A stretch of 60,237 nucleotides of DNA, filler included, from Platydemus manokwari (lineage: Eukaryota), in NCBI GenBank assembly GCA_037951405.1. It is 4 parts of 4 records of this genome, joined end to end, with 100 filler letters (N's around TTAATTAATTAA, not from the genome) between each part and the next. Parts side by side here need not be neighbours in the genome. Positions count along the whole stretch, not along the records: positions 50,919 to 60,237 come from JBBMOY011265874.1; 3 more parts are not named here. One strand, 5' to 3'. The notes under the pieces were generated by a model that ran no database searches, had not been told where the DNA came from, and saw only the letters and a program-made list of their open reading frames with translations. Shown piece after piece: positions 50,919 to 60,237 of the stretch (position 1 is the first letter of the stretch; the number at the start of each line of letters is the position of its first letter). The position numbers and the translations under genes were made by a program.

Positions 50919-53349
50919 AGCTATGTTATGTTTAAATGATTTGGTAAAACAAAAACTTTAAACAACTAAAAAACATGAATAACTTTTGACTCAGCTTAAT
51001 ATTGGCTTTTCCCATAAAAGAGTAACCAAATCTGTATGATATCGATACAATTCATATTAAACATGGTATTGGGAATCTGTGCTTAAATATCGATGAAGAT
51101 TTATGAGATTGGTAAAACTATTATTGATATACAACCAATCATTGAGTAGATTATTCCAGATAAAACTTTACATGATTTGATTTGATAACAATATAATAAA
51201 TTTAAGACATTAATTTCAATATTCCACTAATTAATTTTCACAATGATATTACTTATAAAATTGCTATGCCAAATTTTATTAAAATCGTCTCATAACTAGA
51301 ATTAAAAGAAGAATATATTTTTAATGATATATATATATATATATATGCTAATAATATAAAAATGATTTCAAATTTTTCTCCTTTGTTATTTTAATTAACA
51401 TTTCGTATAGTCTTTATAAACAACCAATAGAGGCAGTATTAACTTTCATATGAAGTACTACAGAAATTGCAATAAATTATATTTTGAGGCACTGAAAAGA
51501 CATCAATTTTGTCACCAAATAATCCCATATTACCTTCTTACTTGTAGATGAGAAGAATTGTGAGCAGATATGTATTAGGATTGTATTAAATGAGAACCAT
51601 TAACAAATATGTAGGTCTTACTTCGTAAGGGCAGTTGAAACATAATACGTGAAACTTATAATATAAAATACAACAGAAAATGTGATATTTTTCGGACATA
51701 TTAGCTCACTCTTTAAGCATCTTCATATAAAAATGTATTCGTTTTCAATATAACGCATTGAATGACTCAGCTGATTAAATATAATGCTCAGTAACGGTAT
51801 CTGTTCTCGTAGTTAATTGTTAAAAATTTTTTTTATTAACTAGATTATCATTCGAAAAATTTGATATAATAAATCGCTCAATTTTAATTGGATCACATTA
51901 CATTTAATAAAACAACTCAACACAAATAAAGCATAGCTAATTATAAACAAACATGACTCATTAGAGAGTAAATTCTCCAAATAACAATCTGAATTGGTTA
52001 TTGTCAAATGCATTCTTGTCTTTAATAAATCGATTCGTTTATCTAATAATGCGTTTTAATAGTTTCACGAATTGTCATTTTATATAAAAATAAATACTTT
52101 TAAATTGCTCGCATTCTAAATCAAAGTAAATTGTGTTTTTATCACGAAAATGGTAATAATAATTTTTACGGAATTTTTTACCATGCTATTTATTAGTCAA
52201 CACTTTGCTTATTTAGCTTATTCTGCTTCTGCTCTCGGAACAATCTTTGAATAAAATATTTTTAACATTTTATAAAAAATGTTTTATTAATTTATTTTTG
52301 AGTGAAAATATTGATTTCTTTTAATTTTTGTTGCACGATTTTATATATCAATATATTTTCACCTTTATATAATGATATTAATATTTTATTTCAATCACAA
52401 TTCTTAATTATGAATTAATTTACTTGTTTAATTGTAATTATTAATTATCTCATCATCATTTTGTAAGCTTCCATGTTGATTAGTACTGTGTTCAGTATAA
52501 TTGTTGATATGATTATTTTTATTTTATGGATTCAAACTTTTTAAATGAGGTCATCCAAGCTGACAACCAGTCTAAAAGTTATTGAAAAAATAATTATTTG
52601 TCATTGATTGCTGTAATTCGTTTTCGGCTGGGTCTGCCCTATTTTTGAAGTTTAAAAATCAAACTATAAAAAAGTGTTTGAAGTACTTTCGATGTAAAAA
52701 ATCTGTAATAATCGATGCATTTCAATTAAATAAATGTTATCGTAAATTTATTCAAAAAATTTATTTAAAATTTACAAAGACTAGAGTAGAAAAAGCTCTT
52801 ACTGAGGTGATATATTTAAAAAGTTTTGCACTAGTTTTTTACCTCATAATTGGAATAAAGATGAAATTTTTTTAAGGTATTAACAATGTTTATAAGAAAT
52901 TAAATTCGATTAACAATTATTCTTTAAGTTAATAAATAAATAAATTGAGTTACTTGTCCATCGAATGTGAAAATTACTTGAAAGATAATATTAAGCTTGA
53001 GATATGAAGTCAGAAATGAGTATTGATACACTTCTCGTTATAAAAAATGTTCAAAATAAGTAATGGGATCTGAGTTTCAAATGATATACATAAAGTTAAA
53101 TCTATTTGACAGCAAGAAAACTTTAACAGATTTTAGTACATTTCGTAATAGATAATAAAATTAAAGTAGACAATAGAGAAAGATTTATACGCCATGTCTT
53201 AAGTAATCAAGTCTCAATATATATACTGATAAAGAAAATAAACAAATTTAAATTCATCACTAATTCATCACTAATTCATCAAAATCAAAATTCATCTAAA
53301 AACATCATCTCTCCAAAATTAACAAACAATAAATTATTTTACTATATAA

Positions 53350-53717
53350 AAAGTGAGCATAAAAATGTGAAATTTGCAGCAAGATATTTAAAAATATTCA
53401 AGGTTTAAGAAACCATGAGAAATCTAAAACACATATTGATCGAATACTACTTCTAATGTTTAAAATACAGAGAATTTAGAAAGATAAATCCAACTGAATT
53501 TCCTGAATGTAAAAATATTGAAACTGATTATGAGGATGATGATGATGTACCACCCGCTATAGTTATTAGTGATAAAATTTATAAAATTGATCAATTAATA
53601 TGGTTTGTTTTTTCTGAGGGTTATTCAGATATTAAAAAGAATAAGGAATCACCGTTTCCATATTCAATATTAATCGATAATAACTATCAATGGTTGCATC
53701 CAATACTAAACTTTTAA
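53350..53717 (+). pseudogene. Frameshifted C2H2 zinc-finger ORF remnant, probably from a mobile element
   Basis: 53366-53434 encodes CEICSKIFKNIQGLRNHEKSKTH (C-x2-C-x12-H-x5-H). A different frame continues KYREFRKINPTEFPECKNIETDYEDDDDVPPAIV...QWLHPILNF*. No ATG or splice context. Confidence 0.55.
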
Positions 53718-55059
53718 GTTTTTTATTTAATGAATTATTAAATTTTTTTCATAATTTTATCCCATAATTTTATCGTATAATTTTATTTATTTTTAAGCAA
53801 ATATTTTCTAAAAGATTAAAACTAATGAAACATAGAGTTTCATAATTTTGTTGGATTAACTATGTTTTAGGTTTACTATAGATTTAATATAAGATGGATC
53901 AGAATAGATTGAAAGTTAGTGGTAATTAGTATATTATATTATAATTTATTTAGGTTTTTATTTGGAAAGTTAAAATATGAACCAATAATTGAATAAATAA
54001 TTCAATTAATAGTATATAATTATTATTACAGGTTATACAATAATTTACTAAAATGCAAGAATCAAAATTACAATCTTGCTGCAGTACAATAATGAAATAA
54101 AATACATTAATTAAATGACAGTTATGATGCAATTAGATGATTATAAATTATTAGTTGCATGGGTTGAGATAAGGATGTACAATTCTACCAGTACCCGACT
54201 CTTAGCAGTGCCGAAATGTACGTTGCTTGTAACAATGAAATTTAATGTATATATAATAATAATTGAAGAATTAAATTTTATTTATGAATTGATAATTACA
54301 ATAAAATTAATATATTACAATCTGTGACCCGATAATTTTTTTGTGACTTTGTAATGCTCTGAAGATGTGAAACCGTCAGTGTTGGAAACTACTGAAACCC
54401 GATTCTAGTGAAAAAAGAGGTCAGCTTAGAAGTAGTTTAAAAGGAAGTCAAATGTTCTTTGAAAAATCTGGCCGTGTTAATCAATTAATAATTCCATTTC
54501 GGGCAATATTGTTGTATCAATTAAAATAAAAAATTTATTCACGTATTCTGAAATTTTCTTTGAAATTCTTCTGTAAATTTCTTGTACCTAATTTTTGAGC
54601 GATTTCTTATTGTTTAGTGATTCTTTATATACAATATTTTGTGATACTCTTCTTCGTGTTTGTTTTTCATCGGTTATTGTTGCCTGACTTTCTATTTACT
54701 TCTTTTTCTTAGTTGCCACGAAACTATAGAAGTTGTTATTGTAATTTACAAAATTGCCTTGACTTTTTTTTTATTTATTGGTGGTATTCTTTATTGTTTT
54801 TAATAATATTGTTCTTTTAATAATATTGTTATTCGGAATGAGTCATTGTAAAATTCTGAATTTTTTAATGTATATTGACTACTTTTATCTATTATAAATT
54901 TGAACTCAACAATATAAATTCAGAGTAATTTCAAAGAATTGAATTTAGAAGTTGCTTTTTTTGAATTTTACTGTTGTTTTTTGTTAACTTTATTTTTAAA
55001 TAAAAATATTAAAATTGAAGCGAATCACTTGATATATTAATTTTGTTAAATAATCGAAG

Positions 55060-55680
55060 AATTGAAAGTATTCTAAAATATTACCCAAATCAATGAGGAA
55101 TCTGGTTGTAATTGTCTTATTAGATCAGATGGCGATTGCTCAGTACGAGGCAGTCCCAGACAAGATTAAGAGGAAAGATCAAAGACTGCGAAAGCCCTTT
55201 GGAAAAAAATTTAATTAGTTAAAGATTGGTTAAGAACCCTCCAATACCGAAGGGAGTCGGAATTTGCAGAATTTTTATTTGATAAGATAGAACAGATGGT
55301 GAACGGCATTACGACATATAAGACGACCAAATAAGATCTGGTCGCAATATTGGCAGTTCATTGTTCAGATGATGCGAAGCTGGAGAGAGAAATAAAAATG
55401 AAGAACATTGTTGAATTACTGAAGATAAAAACATTAATTAAAAAGCTACGTGAAGCCCGGGAAGTAAAAAAAAATGTGAATGCAATGCATCTGATGATTG
55501 GATAACAAGACGAAAAACCAATTATAACTTAAAAGAGCAGGTAAGAAGAATAGCGACCAAGAATTGCTACAATTGCAACAAACCAGGTCATATATCAAGG
55601 AATTGTAACATAGGAAGATGTAACGTATTATACCTGTAACGAACGGAGACCTATAATCAGAAAATGCCCAAATTTAATAA
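55060..55680 (+). mobile_element. Degenerate retrotransposon gag with CCHC zinc knuckle
   Basis: 55560-55610 encodes KNCYNCNKPGHISRNC (CX2CX4HX4C), followed by a decayed second knuckle YTCNERRPIIRKCP. It is preceded by a broken helical ORF (EFAEFLFDKIEQMVN...KLREAREVKKNVNAM). Confidence 0.75.
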
Positions 55681-58040
55681 GGTATAATAGATATCAGTAT
55701 CGATGCCATAACGAAAAAGAATGTTATACCAATTTGGAAAGACGTACACGCTACAAACAGAAACAGTAATAACGCACCCAAATGGAGACAATTCAGAGGT
55801 GTTGGAACGTGTACTAACACCAGGGAAACCACGAAAGACGATTCAACAATTTTGTGGAGACATCGAATTACAGGAATAGAGGATGAGTTGAGAATGTACA
55901 TCATGAAAACGCCGAATTAGAAAATAAAAGCTGCATTGAGTACCAAAACGCCAAAGCTCTGACGTCATCAGAGTAGGTCAGGGCAATGCAAATGATGTCG
56001 ATCTTGATCACGTTAGAGTGAGTATAAGTAGTTATATTAGTATTTATAATATAAGTAAAGCGTATGATAATAAAAATTATGAAAATCATCTAAATAAATT
56101 CTTTTAACAAATCTCAAACTTGAAATGAGGTGACTACCACTAACATTAATGTACATCGAAAATTTAGAAAGCAGAATTCAAGAATTTTATGACTTCTGTA
56201 TTGTAAACAATGAACTTAATGCATATTTCTTAAAATAATCGTCGTTCGTTAAATCATATTAAATACACAAAATTTGTTTTATAATGCAGAAAATTAACTG
56301 GTAAAAATAATTAATGAGAACCATACATATTTAGGAATACTTTATAGGATATTTTTAATCAACCGGATTGTTATTATTAATATTAGCATTCTAAATTTTT
56401 TTGAAAATCTTTTAAATTTATCTTGGATATACTTTTGGATACAACAAACTTACGTAAGTGTTGAGTTACAATTAAATAGAAAGATTGGAATACTGCAACT
56501 CAATACTAATCATGTGATTAGCTTGAATATTACAAATCTAACTTATTAAAATTCCAATCAAATTAAAATATTATGATAAATCGATTCCGAAGCTAAGTCG
56601 ATTAAAATTTAATTAATTAAAAATAATTTATCTATCACATGAAATTATAAATGATAATCAAATCTGGATATGTTTAATATGACACATTTTAATGACTCAT
56701 CGAACCTTCTACTTCTGTTTCTGAATAAGATAATTATTAATAATTTATAAATAGCAAATTATATCATTAATATCAACAATAGTTAGTAATGTTGTAAACA
56801 ATTGTACATATTTAATAATAAGATTTGGTAAAATAAACTGAGTTCAAATTAATAAGAATGTGAAGATTATATTGAGCCTGAAAAAAAACAAACAATATTT
56901 TAGAATTATTCATTTTGTACACTAATTCCCGTTGCTATGTGGTAGGATTTTTCCACAAGATCTCTTATAAAAAGCAAAAACATCAACGACAAATATGATA
57001 CATCCCAAATCTGGTAAATGTCGCATTATTCGAATAATTTTAAGAAAGTGACAACTTTCATGGCAAAATTGATAAGACATACCCAATAAAAATGAGTTGT
57101 ATAAGCCTATTTTTTATATGGGAATACATAATGTGAGCTATTTTATATTAAATAAATCAGGTTATCGGGTTAAAATGTGGGATTTTATGTTTTTATATTT
57201 AATTGGGAGAGATTAATGAAATATCATTTTGGTCTTCGTCACTTGGCATTGAGTTCAAAACCATCCGACCAATATCTTCTTCACGCAATGTTTGAAAATG
57301 CTATAGTCAAGGAGTATAATTTTCGAAGTCATTTTTCAACAGGTTAACTTCTTTTAATCAATTTAGAATTTTTTTTTATTCCAGCAAATAGGTTTTAATA
57401 AACTATAGCTCGTACAATAAAATCAATAGAAATAGTTATTTATCAAATGAAAAAAATCTTTCAAATGAAAAAAATCCAAGGCTATTTGCATCAAATTGCC
57501 ATGAGAACAGCCAATGTTTAATAGATAAAGGTTATTGTGGGGGTAGATGGGGTTTTAATGAATTGGTGACCACTGGAAATTTCATAACTGATAGCTTGCC
57601 GATATATTAGTTTCACCGAATTTGGTACTTAACAATACCAAATGGGATTTCGAGTTTACCGTTTAATAATACCTTCACTGACATACAGGAACCCACAGCC
57701 TTTTCATTCACATTCATTACCATTCACTCACCACCCAACTGTTGGCACGTGTTGTAAATGCATTTTCTAATAAAATGTCTCAAAGGAATCATTTTGACCA
57801 AATATTTTCCTCTAATTTTAAATTTATTTTTATTTTATATCAAACGTTTTATCTAAAAACAGTTTGCAAATAGTTGACGGTTTTCGGGCGGATAATTATT
57901 TTGATAATTATTTTTAATTTATTAAAATTTATATACGATGTTTTTTATTTATTTATTTTTATTTATTCTTTTTATTTATTTTTTATTTAAAATATTTACA
58001 ATAAATAAAGAAAAAACCAATGAAAAATAATGCCATTAAT

Positions 58041-59529
58041 TCATGGTAAAAACACACTTATCGTACCATAGGTTTCCTGGGTTGACACGAGAGCACCTTC
58101 CGTCATTTGTCGGAGATATTTTGGTGAAAATCTGAATAACAATAAACAACAACTGACAATTGCAACGCAACTGATGAAAACATTGAAAATCCAATAATTC
58201 TTGGGTCCATCTGAACCGTTATCAGAAGATAGACACTGATAATCAATGGCAACATCTTTGCTTGGAGAAGACCTTAGACACTGTGATAAGAGAAGGAAAA
58301 TGACGCTGAATATTTGACCTGACACAACAAGGAGACCAGTACTAAAATTCTCACTGACCGGAAATGTAATTTCCGCAGCTAATTCCAATGATATTGAATA
58401 AATGGATACTCCAAATATGCCGATCCAAGCCACTGAAAAACCGATTGGGATTGACATGTTAGGAAATGAAGCAAGAACAGAGAACACGATAATTCCAAAC
58501 GACGCACAGACTAAGCAGATTTGCACAATTTCGACAAAAGCCTGGAAATACACCATTTAAAATGAGCGAGTTAGAAAAATTGATTAATCATCTCATTGGT
58601 ACACATATTTGCAAACCGCCTACCTTTGTTTTGTCGGCAATTAGTCCGGAAATGAAAGATCCTACAATACCAGCTCCAATCAAGATCCCTCCACAGGCAC
58701 CAGCGAATTTATCATCGTAACCGAATGGGCAAAATATTTGTTCAAACAGAGTGGAAAGAGCTGTAAATACGCCTAAGCCCACTCCAAAAGCAAAGCAAAG
58801 CTTAAGAAAAGAAAACTGGGTACAGCAAATTTTAAATTGCTGCAAAAATGTCAACTGATGCAAATGACGATCGGCAGAAATAGATGGCGGAACTGGAGGA
58901 GTTGATCGATATACGCCTAATGTCGGAAGAAGAGCACTTGCTAGTGCCAAACCCACAATTATTATGCTAATTTTGAATAGATCCATTTTAGCAAACATAG
59001 ATGGCATAACACTGCCTATTAAAACACCGATAGGATTACCAATTGCTCCAATTGTGGTGGCCAGAGCTCTTTGGTTCGATGAAAACCATAATGATGCAAG
59101 TTTTGCAGGACTAAACATTGCTAATGGTTGAGCAACAGATCCGAAAAACTGCCCAACCATTGCAATCGAATAACGATATTTTTGGTCAACATACACATCA
59201 CTTCCAACGAATCGTAAAAGCGATGAAATCAAATTCAACCAGCCACATACGATACAAGTTGTTCGCAATCCGACAATGTCAATTCCCCAAATTACAGGGA
59301 AACTGAGAACTATTGTATTTACTGGATATATCAAACTCAGATAATTAACCGAATCTAACGATACATTGTAAAAAGAACTCACTTCATCCGATATACTAGC
59401 ATAACTTATCCATAGAACACCGTTAACTAAATTTAGCCAAGCCAAGATAAACAAAATAAGCCACCGTTTCTTATATATAGTCGGGTGAAAAGTAATCCTG
59501 TCGTCCATTGAAGCCGTTAAAGAATTCAT
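58041..59529 (-). CDS. SLC49A3: MFS transporter, SLC49/FLVCR family, MFSD7 (SLC49A3)-like (2 exons, complete)
   Basis: Exons 59529-58624 and 58541-58041. YKKRWLIL...WISYA, MVGQF...SPAKLASLWFSSNQRALA...NPIGVL, PPVPPS, LFEQIFCPFGY...GACG, SLELAAEITFPVSE..STGL are MFSD7-type motifs. Confidence 0.88.
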
Positions 59530-59965
59530 TTAAAGACGATTCTTTAAATTTAAAGCACAAAAATATAAATCTTAGCAAAAAATATAATTAAATATTAAAA
59601 AAACTATAACAACGGGATAAATCCAATTAATGTAAATCAAATAATAACTTTGATTATAGCACCTTTAGGAATATTTTTGATATAATTATCGTATAAGGTC
59701 ATTCTAGTAACATATTAAAACAATGTATATTTGTTGGTGAGTTCTTATTCTGGTACTTTTTAAACTATGAAATGAATTCCAAATTTGAAGTAAAAATAAA
59801 TATTTTTGTTTTAGAATCAGTATTAATAGCAAATTGATACATTTAATAATCATCGCTCTTACTCGGTCGTACTTGAGAATTACGAGTTCAAAGGACTGGA
59901 TATTAATACCACCATATATATTATATTAAATAAAACATATATTTAAATCAATAAATCAAAACCCT

Positions 59966-60172
59966 ATGAAAAATATAATCTTAAAAATGAAAGCACAAAA
60001 ATGCAAAATTGGTGATATAACATTTAAAACTATTCAAGTTTTAAAACCACATGAAAAATTAAAAATGCATGTTGCGAATTATAATGAAAGAACTGTTGTC
60101 CATAATTTATTTACACATAAATTAGATATTCTAGATATTTCTCTTTTATTTAATTTTTCATCTTTTACTTGA
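59966..60172 (+). pseudogene. Second, degenerate copy of the C2H2 zinc-finger ORF seen at 53366
   Basis: 60002-60070 encodes CKIGDITFKTIQVLKPHEKLKMH, colinear with CEICSKIFKNIQGLRNHEKSKTH. The second Cys position is GGT, one base from TGT. Confidence 0.5.
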
Positions 60173-60237
60173 TATAGAATTTAAAATATTATACTTCCTA
60201 TCAAGTTTACTAATTTCATTTTAAAAATAATTTTACA

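Noticed and set aside
57610-57640. AAATTCGGTGAAAC (minus) as RNase P CR-I
   Set aside because: Lacks the GGAA start and there is no convincing CR-V/P4 partner.
1-60237. Functional gene cluster or operon of dynein, EXOC4, UBR4 and RPB10
   Set aside because: The genes lie on different stitched contigs and have unrelated functions; adjacency is unsupported.

Overview
Eukaryotic, very AT-rich (roughly 70-75% AT by eye) draft-assembly window with many 39-60 nt GT-AG introns. The flatworm-type orphan GPCR, AT content and intron sizes suggest a triclad planarian (inference). Host genes: cytoplasmic dynein 1 heavy chain (- strand, 21 exons, runs off the left edge), the 5' part of a flavin monoamine oxidase, the 3' part of EXOC4/Sec8, a rhodopsin-class orphan GPCR, a DHRS11-like SDR, the 3' part of UBR4/p600 (19 exons), RPB10/POLR2L and an MFSD7/SLC49A3-like transporter. 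Intergenic DNA is full of decayed mobile elements largely missed by the ORF track: two Ty3/Gypsy pol fragments, a gag with a CCHC knuckle, a mariner and a pogo-like transposase. The most notable is a Polinton/Maverick (adintovirus-like) endogenous virus relic, with minor capsid + adenain protease + fibre-like ORF at ~29.3-30.5 kb and integrase + hydrophobic core-peptide-like ORF at ~37.1-38.2 kb. There are also two homologous C2H2 zinc-finger relics, a 146-bp palindrome and a degenerate hammerhead-like motif. The window is stitched: three 44N-TTAATTAATTAA-44N linkers and several 100-N gaps make adjacency across them unreliable. I found no intact novel system. All family calls come from manual translation and remembered motifs, not database searches.
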